Counted from the first letter of the stretch, positions 28,883 to 38,560 are shown. The stretch is 64,000 nucleotides of DNA from Thermoplasmata archaeon (GCA_034667725.1 JAXDQS010000001.1:192001-256000), one strand, 5' to 3'. Notes: generated by a model not told the origin, from the letters alone. Numbers and translations are program-made.

Positions 28883-31800
28883 ATGCCGGACCTCAACCCG
28901 ACGAACCGGAGGCCGCAGGACCTGAGGAGCGCCACGGGCAGCCCGGCCGCCCCGTCGGTCCCCTCCACTTCTGCCATCCCTTCCCCTGCGACGCCCACGG
29001 TGCCTTCCATGCCAGACTCCCCCACGACCCCGTCCATCCCCATCGCCCCGTCGAGCCCGCTGACGCCCCCGTCGGCCCCCTCGGGCGGCACTCCAAGCCC
29101 ACCGTCCCCCTCCGGGCTGCTGCTGGCCGCGCTGCAGAGCGCCACCGTCACGCCCTCCCGCGTCGCCTTGAAGCCCGGCCAGCCGTTCGCGCCGCAGCTC
29201 CAGCTCCCCGGCGCCGTCCTGGCCACGACCCCCGCCGGCCCGACGGCGCTGGACGTGGGCGCCATGGCCAAGGTTCGGTGGCAGGCCTACCCGGCCAAGG
29301 CCGACGGCACGCCGGACTACGCCAACCCCATGCCGCAGCGCCAAGCCACGCTGGTCGGCCCCGTCCACAGCCGGACGCCGACGTTCCTGTTCCGGCCGCG
29401 CATCCTGGGGGACGCCGACCCTGCCACGGCGACCCCGGCGTTCGTGGTGGCCCACCTGGAGGCCATGGCGGACGGCCTCGCGGTCCGGCACGACATCCCC
29501 ATCCCCGTGGACCTGGAGCCCATGGCCACCCGCGAGGTCTACGGCCAGCTGGGCCGCCTGTTCAAGGTCCAGGTCTCCGCCCCCGCCGTGCCGGCCGGCG
29601 GCATCCTGCGCGCCTCCATCCTGCCCCGCGGCGCCGAGGAGACGGAGTTCGTCGTCAAGACCGCCTCGCTCCAGGGCAAGCCCATCCTGGAGGTCACGGG
29701 CAGCGTGGGCCTGGACGGCGCCATGACCGCCCTCAACGCCATCGCGGGCAGGTCCGCCGCCCCCGGCGCCTTCGCGCTGCACGACGTGGCCACTTCGATC
29801 GCCATCCTGAACGACCCTGCCGAGCGCGTGGCCGCGACCCTGGCGATGCTGGGCGAGCCCATCGACCGCCTGGCCGGCGTCATGGCGCTTCTGAGCGAGC
29901 CCACCGACCGGGTCGCCGCCACGCTGGCGATGTTGAGCGAGCCCGTCGACCGCGTCGCCTCCGCCCTGGCCCTGGCCTCCCTGCCGGTGGACAAGATCGC
30001 TGACGTGGCCGCCGTCCTGCTGATCCCCCTGGACCGCATCGCGGGCATCATCGGCCTCTTGAGCGAGCCGTTCGAGGAGGTCGCCCGGGCGCTCCACTTG
30101 CTTGGCTACCCCGCCGAGAAGGTGGCGCAGGCCCTCGCCATGCTGGTGGAGCCGGTGGCCGGGGCCGTCAGCGTCGTGAGCGCCTTCATCGGCAAGGGCT
30201 CCGGCTTCGACGTGGACGCCGGCGACCTGACCCGCCAGGCCACCCCCGTCCTGGGAGGCGCCAGCCGTCTGGGCGACACGGCCGGCACCGTCGGCGCCCT
30301 GCTGGACACCAGCGACCTGCGCCGCCGCATCGCCTCCATCCTGGCGTCCACCGACGTCAAGGGGCAGGTCCGCGCCATGATGCAGGCCCCCGGGTTCCAG
30401 GAGCGCACGCGGGCCATCCTCGACGACCGCGGCCTGCCGGAACGGCTCGCGGCCGTGCTCGACAACAAGGACTCCATGCGCCGGCTACGGCCCCTCCAGC
30501 AGACGGGCCAGGGCAGCGACCGCGGGGCTGCCGTCCTGGCCGGGAAGGGCCGGCTGGAGCGCATGCAGGCCCAGGCCGCCCGCGACGGCGTGGCCCGCGG
30601 CGTGCAGCTCCCCATCAACGTCCAGGTCAAGAACGCCGACTTCACCAAGCACCTCGTCCGCCGCGAGGACGAGGACCCGGTGTACAAGCTGACGCCCAGG
30701 GCCCGCCAGCTCCCCGAGGTGCCCGGCCTGGTGGACGAGATGCAGGTCGCCGACCGGCTGCCCGACGGGGTCGCGGCCTTCGAGGCGGGGCCGCTGCGGC
30801 TGCCGTTCTCCATCAAGGGCGCCACCTGGCAGCTCTTCCGGTCCCCCGGCGAGCGGGACGAACTGCCCGCCTCCCGCTACCGCTTCGCCGAGGGCACCGC
30901 GGGGCGGAACCTGGTCCGGTCGCTCCAGCTCGGCGTCCCCGAGGCTGACACGGTCCTGCGCCTCGTCGTCAAGCTCCAGTTCGGCTTCGACCCGAACCAG
31001 GTGGCCGCCGAGGGGCTGCCGCCGCTGCCGGACTCTTGGGTTGCGCTGCCCGACGTCCCGCTGCGTTGGCTAGGCGCCGACGTGCTGGACCTCGTGGCCC
31101 AGCAAATCACCCTGTCCGCCCCGGCCACGGTGCCGCCCGGCGGCCCCGTCCCCGCCAGCCTTGCCTGCCCCCTGTTCGCGCAGGCCGACCCGGCCGCCAC
31201 CGAGGTCGGCGGCACCGCCACCCTCGGGGAGGGCGTGCCGGTGCCCTTCAAGATTACCAACGTCCAGTGGCGCCTCTTGGACACGACGGGGCAGGAACGG
31301 CAGCGGGACGCCGGCCGCACCGGCTTCGCCGCCCTGGCCGCCCGCCTGGACGCCGGGCTCCCCAGCACGGACGAGACCTGCGTGCTGGAGGCCTCGTTCC
31401 GCCTCCAGGCCGGCGACGGCGGCCTCGTGCCGACGACGCAAGGGGACGCGCCCTTGACCCTGCGCACCGCCCTGAGGATCGAGGGGGTGGACGTCCTCGG
31501 GCTGCTGCTGTCCCAGATCTCCCTGGACGCGCCGGCCACGGTGCCCGCCGGCGCCACGGCCACCCTAGGCGTCCTGTCCCCCTTGCTGCCCGACGGGCTC
31601 CCCGCCGGGGGCGCCACCGTGCGCCTGGCCATCGCGGGCGGCCCCGGCCTTCCCGTCCAGTTGGCGGACCCCGTGTGGGAGGTCAAGGACGAGGCGGGCC
31701 AAGCGGCCAACCTGCCTGTGCTGCCGCCCCAGGACACGACGCGCACCGTCGCGCTGTCGTTCGAGGCCCGGCCCACCGGCCTTCCCCCCACCCGTGTCCG

Positions 31801-34228
31801 GCTGGGGCCGGTGCGGATTCGCTTCCTGGGGCTCGACCTGGAGGCCGCCTTGCGCAGGCAGCTTGCCATCGGCTGCCCCGCCCGGCTGGCGCCTCTCGCG
31901 CCCTTGGCCGTGCGCCTGGATGGCGCCGTGCTGGAGGACAAGGCCATCCCGTTGGGCGTCGGCGTGCCCGCCTTGCCCATCGCGCTCGCCGGCGTCCAAT
32001 GGAGCCTCAAGCGCAGGGACGGCTCGGCGGCCCCGGGCCAAGCCCTGCCGTCGCAGGCGCCGCAGGAGCAGTCCTACGGCATGCCGCTTCTGGCCGAGGA
32101 CACGGCGCTTGCGCTGGAGGCCCAGGTCCGCCTCCAGGCCGGCGGCTTCGGCCCCATCCCCGTCCGCGAGGTGTCCCTGACCCTCCAGGCCGCGGTCACG
32201 GTGGCCGGCCTGGACGTCGGCAAGGCGTTGGGCGATGCCCTGCACATCCAGGCGCCTGCGTCTGTGGCTCCCGGCAAGCCGGTCGTCGCCCGGCTGGAGT
32301 CGCACCTCTTCCAGGCCACGGACGGCGCCACCGGCCTGCTCCCCGTGCCCGACGGCCCCGGCCTGCCCTTCGAGGTGCGGCGCGTGGACTGGACCCTGGT
32401 CCCATCCAGCGGGCAGGCCCTCGCCGCCACGGGCGCGGGTCCCACGGTCCGGCAGGCCACGCTCGGCTCCCTGCTGCCCGAGGCCTCCACGGAGGCCATC
32501 GTCGGCGCCACCGTGATTGCCGCGGTCGCGGGCCAGGAGTTGGCGGCCCTCCGGCTGCCCCCTGTTCCCATCCAGTTGGGCGGCCTCGACCTGGTGCAGG
32601 CCGCCTTGGCGCAGCAGCTCCGCGTCGAGGTGCCGGCGACATCGCCCAAGATCGGGGACCACATCCAGGCGACCTTGACGGGGGCTGGCCTTGACTCCAC
32701 CCCGGACGCGCTGGCCGGGACGCTCGGCGGCGACCTGCCGCTGCCGTTCAAGGTGTCCGCGGTCGCCTGGTCCTTGGAGCAGGCCGGCGGCGGCGCCGTC
32801 CCGGTGGCGACGGACCCCGAGCAGATGCGGACGCACACCTTCGACGCGCTGCTGCCGGACACCACGGTCCCCTGGTGGGTCCGGGCCAGCCTCACCGTGC
32901 AGGTGGACGGGCTGCGCGGCACGCCCGTCGAACGCCAGCTCGAGCTGCGGTCGCGGCCCCTGCGCATCCCTGGTGTGGACCTGGTGCGCGCCGCCGTGGT
33001 CGGCAAGCTCCGCCCGACCATCAAGGGAAACGAAGAGCCCGGCGGCTGGGTGGAGGTCGGCCTCGACGCCGACTTCCCGCTTCAGCCCAACGGCCCGAAT
33101 CTGCGGGGAGTGAGGCTTGGAGTGGGGCGGCCGATGGTCGCCGGCCATCCCGTCGAGATTCTCGTGAGGCTGCAGGCCGGCGGTTCCGGGCTGGCTGGCG
33201 AACGCCCGTGCCTGGCCCGGTCCAAGGACAACCTAACATGGGAGCTCCTGTTCGCGCCGGAGGTGGCCATCCGGCCGGCCGGGCCCGCCACCCGCCCCGT
33301 GAAGGTACAGTTTGGTGTCTACATGCGCCACCCCCAGACGGGCGACGTTGTGACCTTGCACGTGGAACAGTCCGAGTCCATCGTGTTGGTTCCCCCGATC
33401 CAGTTGCCGGCGCTGGCGGCCGCCGTGGAGGAAGGCAAGATCGCCTGCATCGCGGTCCCCGACTACTACCGCTTTTGGCACGTGGACGGCTGGGAAAGCC
33501 TGGCGGACACCCTGAAGGCGGCCCGCAAGCAGGTCGAGGGGGTCCTTGAGGCCCTGCGGGCGAAAGGGGCGTCCACTTCCGACGTCGAGCCCTACTCGGT
33601 GACGGCGGAGGCCCTTCGCCTCATCCTGGACGCCAGCGGGGGCGCGGAGGCGTTCCGCTTCATGCGGAGAACCGGCGACATCTATTCCCACCCGGCCGAC
33701 GAGGACATCAAGGCCGCCCAGAGTTGGCTGCTCGCCGTCCCGCAGTTCGGGGAAAGGATGGCCCTCGTGGCATTCACGCGCAGCACGTTCGGCATGACCA
33801 CCCATGCCCAGATGGGCGGGGACATGGCAAGGGAGGTGGCGATGGCCCGGGGAAGTCCGTTCGACCTCTTGGAGCGCCTTGGCGAGTTGATGAAATCCCG
33901 CTACTTCTGGGACCGCTTCACGCGCCTGCCCAGCGCGCCGCCGGTCCTCATCCGCTACGACCTCCAGAACCCGGATGGCGTCTGGGAGGACGCACGGGCC
34001 CAGTTCGAGGCGGTGTACGCCGAGCCCCAGCCGCCCGTGCCGGCCGTCCGCCTGCTGCCGCCCCGCGGCTACCGCGCCGAATGGGACTTCAGGATGGGCG
34101 GCAAGAAGCGGGAGGGAAGCGCCGACCTGGCATCCGCTGGCAACCCGGACTTCCGGATGACCAAGGGCGGGTGGGACCGGCGTTTCATCGACCAGTTGAA
34201 CCTGTCGCCCCCCGAACCGGAGGCCTGA
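28883..34228 (+). CDS. Giant repetitive hypothetical protein (1781 aa), no signal peptide
   Basis: Long ORF with coding-type bias. Pro/Ser-rich N-terminus, nine 14-aa repeats, about 7-8 repeats of ~120 aa, and a unique C-terminal domain. Confidence 0.8.
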   Translation: MPDLNPTNRRPQDLRSATGSPAAPSVPSTSAIPSPATPTVPSMPDSPTTPSIPIAPSSPLTPPSAPSGGTPSPPSPSGLLLAALQSATVTPSRVALKPGQPFAPQLQLPGAVLATTPAGPTALDVGAMAKVRWQAYPAKADGTPDYANPMPQRQATLVGPVHSRTPTFLFRPRILGDADPATATPAFVVAHLEAMADGLAVRHDIPIPVDLEPMATREVYGQLGRLFKVQVSAPAVPAGGILRASILPRGAEETEFVVKTASLQGKPILEVTGSVGLDGAMTALNAIAGRSAAPGAFALHDVATSIAILNDPAERVAATLAMLGEPIDRLAGVMALLSEPTDRVAATLAMLSEPVDRVASALALASLPVDKIADVAAVLLIPLDRIAGIIGLLSEPFEEVARALHLLGYPAEKVAQALAMLVEPVAGAVSVVSAFIGKGSGFDVDAGDLTRQATPVLGGASRLGDTAGTVGALLDTSDLRRRIASILASTDVKGQVRAMMQAPGFQERTRAILDDRGLPERLAAVLDNKDSMRRLRPLQQTGQGSDRGAAVLAGKGRLERMQAQAARDGVARGVQLPINVQVKNADFTKHLVRREDEDPVYKLTPRARQLPEVPGLVDEMQVADRLPDGVAAFEAGPLRLPFSIKGATWQLFRSPGERDELPASRYRFAEGTAGRNLVRSLQLGVPEADTVLRLVVKLQFGFDPNQVAAEGLPPLPDSWVALPDVPLRWLGADVLDLVAQQITLSAPATVPPGGPVPASLACPLFAQADPAATEVGGTATLGEGVPVPFKITNVQWRLLDTTGQERQRDAGRTGFAALAARLDAGLPSTDETCVLEASFRLQAGDGGLVPTTQGDAPLTLRTALRIEGVDVLGLLLSQISLDAPATVPAGATATLGVLSPLLPDGLPAGGATVRLAIAGGPGLPVQLADPVWEVKDEAGQAANLPVLPPQDTTRTVALSFEARPTGLPPTRVRLGPVRIRFLGLDLEAALRRQLAIGCPARLAPLAPLAVRLDGAVLEDKAIPLGVGVPALPIALAGVQWSLKRRDGSAAPGQALPSQAPQEQSYGMPLLAEDTALALEAQVRLQAGGFGPIPVREVSLTLQAAVTVAGLDVGKALGDALHIQAPASVAPGKPVVARLESHLFQATDGATGLLPVPDGPGLPFEVRRVDWTLVPSSGQALAATGAGPTVRQATLGSLLPEASTEAIVGATVIAAVAGQELAALRLPPVPIQLGGLDLVQAALAQQLRVEVPATSPKIGDHIQATLTGAGLDSTPDALAGTLGGDLPLPFKVSAVAWSLEQAGGGAVPVATDPEQMRTHTFDALLPDTTVPWWVRASLTVQVDGLRGTPVERQLELRSRPLRIPGVDLVRAAVVGKLRPTIKGNEEPGGWVEVGLDADFPLQPNGPNLRGVRLGVGRPMVAGHPVEILVRLQAGGSGLAGERPCLARSKDNLTWELLFAPEVAIRPAGPATRPVKVQFGVYMRHPQTGDVVTLHVEQSESIVLVPPIQLPALAAAVEEGKIACIAVPDYYRFWHVDGWESLADTLKAARKQVEGVLEALRAKGASTSDVEPYSVTAEALRLILDASGGAEAFRFMRRTGDIYSHPADEDIKAAQSWLLAVPQFGERMALVAFTRSTFGMTTHAQMGGDMAREVAMARGSPFDLLERLGELMKSRYFWDRFTRLPSAPPVLIRYDLQNPDGVWEDARAQFEAVYAEPQPPVPAVRLLPPRGYRAEWDFRMGGKKREGSADLASAGNPDFRMTKGGWDRRFIDQLNLSPPEPEA
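29801..30178 (+). repeat. Nine tandem 42-bp (14-aa) coding repeats
   Basis: AILNDPAERVAATL / AMLGEPIDRLAGVM / ALLSEPTDRVAATL / AMLSEPVDRVASAL ... with a Pro every 14 residues. Confidence 0.85.
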
Positions 34229-34237
34229 CGGCGGCAC

Positions 34238-35344
34238 TCACCCGCCCCAGCACGCCCGCAGCCCGTCCAAGCCGGCGTCCGTGCGCACGCCCTGCGCGTC
34301 GAGGTGCGCGCGCGCCGCCGCGAAGCCGGCCGCCCGCAGCCGCGCGATCAGCACGTCGCGGCGCGGCGGCGGCCCCAGCCGCTTCTGGAACAGATCGGGC
34401 TCGACCCAGAACGCGGGCGCGTCCGCCTCCTCGGTGAACAAGGCCAAGAGCGCGTCCGCCTCCTTCGGGCGGGCCAACTGCTTGCCCTCGCGCGCGGCGC
34501 GCATCGCGGCCACCAGGCCGGCGTCGTGCAGCGGGCCGCCCCACAGCGGCCCCGCCCACTTGCCGTCGGGGACCTCGTGCGCCGGCGCCATGCGGCCGAG
34601 GCCGTCGGCGTCCAGCACGGCGTTCCGGAGGCCGCGCAGCCCGTCGTCGGTGTCCTTCTTGCCCTCCTCGACGCGCGCCACCACGCGCATCCAGTGGCCC
34701 GAGGCGATGGAGAGCACGGGAGTCGCGACCCGCTCGAAGCGCGCCGCCGACCGCACCAGCGCGCCGCCCAGCACCCGCAGGCCCACCTCGGCGCGCCACG
34801 GCGCCGGGTGCAGGCCGTGGTGGGCGTCGTAGCGGCGGCGGCAGACGCGCGGGAACTTGCCGGCCAAGGCGCCGGTGTCGGTGGCGGTGGCGCACACCAA
34901 GGCGCCGACGCGGGCGGCGCGCATCGCGGCGTCCACGAACGGCATCGGGCTGCCGCAAGGATCCAGGTCGATGACGTCGAAGCGCTGCGTGGCCAGGAAG
35001 GCGTGCGCGTCGCCCTCGTGGATGCGCAGCCGGGCGCCGACGGGATGGGCACGCATGGCCGCGACGCCGCGCGGGTCGGCGTCGTTGGCGTGCACGATGA
35101 TGGGCGCCTCGACCTCGCCGGTCAGGCGCAGGCTGCGCGCGCCGGTGCCCGCGAGCGCGTCGGCCACGTCGATCTCGCGCCCCCGCGCGCGGGCGAACGC
35201 CTCCACCAGCAGGACCGAGAGGTCGCGGTTGAGCGCCATGCCTGGGTTGTAGAACGGCTGTCCCTTGGCGCGCTCGCCCGGCTGGCGCGGCCCCTTCTGC
35301 AGGTTGGCGGGCGGCGGGAACAGGCGGGTGGCGCCCTCCATCAT
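34238..35344 (-). CDS. trm1: tRNA (guanine26-N2)-dimethyltransferase Trm1
   Basis: Motifs FYNPGMALNRDLSV, DALAGTGARSLR, FDVIDLDPCGSP, TATDT, EVGLRVL, GPLWGGPLHD. Start is 35344, 35341 or GTG 35353. Confidence 0.9.
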   Translation of the reverse strand: MMEGATRLFPPPANLQKGPRQPGERAKGQPFYNPGMALNRDLSVLLVEAFARARGREIDVADALAGTGARSLRLTGEVEAPIIVHANDADPRGVAAMRAHPVGARLRIHEGDAHAFLATQRFDVIDLDPCGSPMPFVDAAMRAARVGALVCATATDTGALAGKFPRVCRRRYDAHHGLHPAPWRAEVGLRVLGGALVRSAARFERVATPVLSIASGHWMRVVARVEEGKKDTDDGLRGLRNAVLDADGLGRMAPAHEVPDGKWAGPLWGGPLHDAGLVAAMRAAREGKQLARPKEADALLALFTEEADAPAFWVEPDLFQKRLGPPPRRDVLIARLRAAGFAAARAHLDAQGVRTDAGLDGLRACWGG

Positions 35345-35375
35345 GCCGTCCACAAGGGGGCCACGACGAGGCGCG

Positions 35376-37316
35376 TTATCGGCTTGATGGCCTCCGCCGG
35401 GAGGGCTTCTTGGGTGGGGCGGAGTTGAGGTTTTCCAGACGCCCTTCGATGTCAGCAATCCAGTCTGCCTGCGGGCCGTGCAGGCGCTTTTCTGCGGCCA
35501 GCGACCGGAGCGTCTGGAGGTTCTCTTCCAGGAGGGTGCGGGTGCGTTCCCGATCAATGCCCGCCTTCCCGCCTTCGGCAAGCATGACGAACCGCATTTT
35601 GGAGACCACGAGGTCCGTCTGCCATTGGGCGTTTGCCTGGTCTTTGGCGGCCAGTCGTTGCGCGATGGCGAGGCTGTCCTGGTAGGCCGTCAGGGCGGCC
35701 GGGAGGTTGCCTTGCGCTTGGAGGATGTCGCCGATTTTGTTGTGGCTGATGCTGAGGTCGCGTTGCCACTCGGTGTTGGCGGGGTCCTTGGCGGCCAGGG
35801 TTTGGCGAAGGGCGAGGCTGCCCTGGTAGGCCGTCAGGGCCGCCGGGAGGTTGCCCTGCGCCTGGTGGATGCCGCCGATCTTCTCGTGGCTGACGCTGAG
35901 GTCACGTTGCGAGTCGGTGTTGGCGGGGTCCTTGGCGGCCAGGGTTTGGCGAAGGGCGAGGCTGTCCTGGTAGGCCGTCAGGGCCGCCAGGAGGTTGCCC
36001 TGCGCTTGGAGGATGTCGCCAATCTTCTCGTGGCTGATGCTGAGGTCGCGTTGCCACTGGGTGTTGGCAGGGTCCTTGGCGGCCAGTCGTTGCGCGATGG
36101 CGAGGCTGTCCTGGTAGGCCGTCAGGGCCGCCAGGAGGTTGCCCTGCGCCTGGTGGATGCCGCCGATGTTGTCGTGGCTGACGCTGAGGTCGCGTTGCCA
36201 CTGGGTGTTGGCGGGGTCCTTGGCGGCCAGTCGTTGCGCGATGGCGAGGTTGTCCTGGTAGGCCGTCAGGGCCGCCGGGAGGTTGCCCTGCGCCTGGTGG
36301 ATGCCGCCGATTTTGTTGTGGCTGACGCTAAGGCGGCGCAGCCAACCGTTGCCTCGGGCCTTGGCCACTGCCGTCTCCGCCACCGAAAAGGCTTCCCTAT
36401 ACGATGCCAAAGCCGCCATCGAATCACCTTGGCTGGCCAGGAGGCCCCCAAGCTCCTCGTGGGCAATCCAGACGGTTTCCGGTTCCCCAAGGCCCTCGGC
36501 AATCGTCAGGAGTTGCTGGTACTGCGCGGCAGCCTTGCCTGAGAGCCCGATGCGTCGCAGGAAGGCCCCGTACTCTTGCAGGAACGAGGGCGCCGGGAAC
36601 GTCGCCACCGCCTTCGCGTAGGCCTCCTCCGCCAGGGTGAACTCGTGCTTGGCCAGATGTTCCCTTGCTTTTGCCTCCAAAACCTTCGCCGCCTGGAACT
36701 GGCGGTTCCCTTCGAGCTTGGCCGGGTCATGGACGACTAGGTCTTTGGAAGGATGTGCGACTGGGGCGATGTCGTTGGTCGGCGGGGCGGCCAACTCCCC
36801 GTCCGCCCTCTTGTCCAGCCAGTTGCAAAGACGCTTCCGAAGCTCGCCCGACCAGTCCTCCTCGCCTTGGTAGCGGGCGTAGAGGGTCTTCTGCTCCTTC
36901 TCAAGCCTCGCCTTGAAGACCAAGACCTTCTGAAGCTGCGGCCCGGCGTCCGCCAACTGGTCGTCCGGGACGCTGCGGAAGTAGACCAGGATATGCTTCC
37001 CCGCCTCCTTGGCGACGTGGAACTCCTCCTCGGTGCCGGACGAGAACTTGTCCGTCGGCGTCCCCCACCGCTTCCAGAACACCAGGACGCAGAGGTCGCA
37101 CTCTCGCACGTCCTTGTTGATGAGATCCTGGGCGCGGGTGCCGTGGCCTGGAAGGGTGTCTTCCCATCCGATGCCCTCCAGGTGGAGGCCTATGGGGTGG
37201 GCCTTCAGGCCGTTGACCTCCTCGATGACACGGGTGAATTGTTTCCGTTCCTCGGGGACGTCGTTGGGGGAGCCAATGAAGACGTGAAGAACCTCGTACT
37301 GCTTGGGACGGGCCAC
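35376..37316 (-). CDS. DUF4062-like N-terminal domain plus TPR-repeat protein
   Basis: N-terminal VFIGSPNDVPEER..GWE..CDLCVLVFWKRWGTPT..SGTEEEF fits DUF4062 (TIR/nucleoside-deoxyribosyltransferase-like fold). C-terminal 48-aa TPRs. Atypical codon usage. Confidence 0.85.
   Translation of the reverse strand: MARPKQYEVLHVFIGSPNDVPEERKQFTRVIEEVNGLKAHPIGLHLEGIGWEDTLPGHGTRAQDLINKDVRECDLCVLVFWKRWGTPTDKFSSGTEEEFHVAKEAGKHILVYFRSVPDDQLADAGPQLQKVLVFKARLEKEQKTLYARYQGEEDWSGELRKRLCNWLDKRADGELAAPPTNDIAPVAHPSKDLVVHDPAKLEGNRQFQAAKVLEAKAREHLAKHEFTLAEEAYAKAVATFPAPSFLQEYGAFLRRIGLSGKAAAQYQQLLTIAEGLGEPETVWIAHEELGGLLASQGDSMAALASYREAFSVAETAVAKARGNGWLRRLSVSHNKIGGIHQAQGNLPAALTAYQDNLAIAQRLAAKDPANTQWQRDLSVSHDNIGGIHQAQGNLLAALTAYQDSLAIAQRLAAKDPANTQWQRDLSISHEKIGDILQAQGNLLAALTAYQDSLALRQTLAAKDPANTDSQRDLSVSHEKIGGIHQAQGNLPAALTAYQGSLALRQTLAAKDPANTEWQRDLSISHNKIGDILQAQGNLPAALTAYQDSLAIAQRLAAKDQANAQWQTDLVVSKMRFVMLAEGGKAGIDRERTRTLLEENLQTLRSLAAEKRLHGPQADWIADIEGRLENLNSAPPKKPSRRRPSSR
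35620..36340 (-). repeat. Five near-identical 144-bp tandem TPR-coding repeats
   Basis: GCTGAGGTC recurs at 35751, 35895, 36039 and 36183. Unit: RDLS.SH..IG.I.QAQGNL.AALTAYQ..LA..Q.LAAKDPANT..Q. Confidence 0.9.
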
Positions 37317-37405
37317 ATTCCAACACGACTGGCTTCCCCTATATCGTCGGATTGGCTAATGATGGGCCAAATGCCGTTTTCGATACGCACTCTCGCGAGC
37401 GCGCT

Positions 37406-37981
37406 TCATGGCGCCACCGCGGCCGGGCGCATGGACTCGGGGCCGGTGCAAGGCGGCCGCCCCGCGTCGAACGAGGTGCGAATCTCGCCCTTGGGCGGCG
37501 GATCAGGCCAACTGTGGAAGCGGCGGTGCCAGCGGTGGCCGCGCACCAGGTCGTGGAAGAACTTCTCGTGGTCCCACTCGACCTCGGCCATGCCCAAGAG
37601 CTCGTCGGCGAAGTCCGCGCGCTCGGCTTGCAGGGCGAGGCGGGCGGCGACCTCGTACTCCCAGATGTTGCGGCGCTCGATGCGGCCGGCGCCATACATC
37701 GGGACGTACCAGCCGCCGACGAAGCACGAGGCCGCGATGGCGGTGCCGACCGTCCCCATCCAGAGGTCGCGCGGCTTGCCGGGGCGGGCGCCGAGCTCGC
37801 GCATCATCTCGCCGACGCGGGCGCGGTGGGCGAGCTCCTCGCGCATGATGCGCTGGATGTCCACCTTCTGCCCCTTGTCGCGCACCGAGCGCCAATGGCC
37901 GGCGTAGGCGCGCGCCGCCGCCAGCTCGCCGGCGTAGGCCAGGCGGAGCCGGTGCACCAAGGCGTCCCGGGCGGCGGTCAT
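37406..37981 (-). CDS. Ferritin-like (COQ7-like di-iron) protein
   Basis: AYAGELAA, EELAH, IE..N..EY and EVEWDHE give the two ExxH pattern. Confidence 0.75.
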   Translation of the reverse strand: MTAARDALVHRLRLAYAGELAAARAYAGHWRSVRDKGQKVDIQRIMREELAHRARVGEMMRELGARPGKPRDLWMGTVGTAIAASCFVGGWYVPMYGAGRIERRNIWEYEVAARLALQAERADFADELLGMAEVEWDHEKFFHDLVRGHRWHRRFHSWPDPPPKGEIRTSFDAGRPPCTGPESMRPAAVAP

Positions 37982-38014
37982 CCCGGGCTTGGGGGGCCTT
38001 CGCGCCGGAAAAGG

Positions 38015-38281
38015 CTACTGCCGCTCGTGCGGCCGGCCCTCGACGTCGATGACGTCCTCCCGTTGCTTGCGGGCGGACTGGGCGGCGGCCGCGCCGAACA
38101 CCATGCCCCACCTGCGGACCTCGCGGCGCACCTTGCGCTTGACGTACCAGACGGCGAACAGGGCCAGCAGGAACAGGCCGAGGATGGTGCCGCCCACGAT
38201 GGCGGCGACCACGCCGAGGCCGTTGAGGCCCCAGACGGCGATGACCACGATCAGGACAATGAGCAGCAGGACAGGCAGCAT
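38015..38281 (-). CDS. Small membrane protein
   Basis: Two hydrophobic helices, a basic stretch, and a C-terminal VIDVE motif. Confidence 0.6.
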   Translation of the reverse strand: MLPVLLLIVLIVVIAVWGLNGLGVVAAIVGGTILGLFLLALFAVWYVKRKVRREVRRWGMVFGAAAAQSARKQREDVIDVEGRPHERQ

Positions 38282-38326
38282 CGGCTCAGGGCGTTGTGGC
38301 GGTCTTGGGTGATAGCGCTTGCGGGC

Positions 38327-38503
38327 TCAGGCGTGCAGGCGGCGGCCGCTGCGGAAGTGGCCGGTGAGCAGCCCGATGACGATGAGCGCGACCACGACGA
38401 TCAGGATGAGCTTGAGCGTGCCCGCGACGACGTTCATGAACAGCAGCGGGCCCATGAGGACCACGAGCAGGACGATCGCGAGGATCAGCAGCAAGGATGC
38501 CAT
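38327..38503 (-). CDS. Small two-TM membrane protein (58 aa, absent from the ORF track)
   Basis: Manual translation: MASLLLILAIVLLVVLMGPLLFMNVVAGTLKLILIVVVALIVIGLLTGHFRSGRRLHA*. Typical codon bias. Confidence 0.65.
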   Translation of the reverse strand: MASLLLILAIVLLVVLMGPLLFMNVVAGTLKLILIVVVALIVIGLLTGHFRSGRRLHA

Positions 38504-38560
38504 GATTCTTCTTCGGCGACGGCCCCAGTCAACCCTTTCCCACGGAAGGCGCGGCCCGCT

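Noticed and set aside
35620-36340. Diversity-generating retroelement acting on the TPR repeats
   Set aside because: No reverse transcriptase is present, and the differences are not adenine-specific template/variable pairs.
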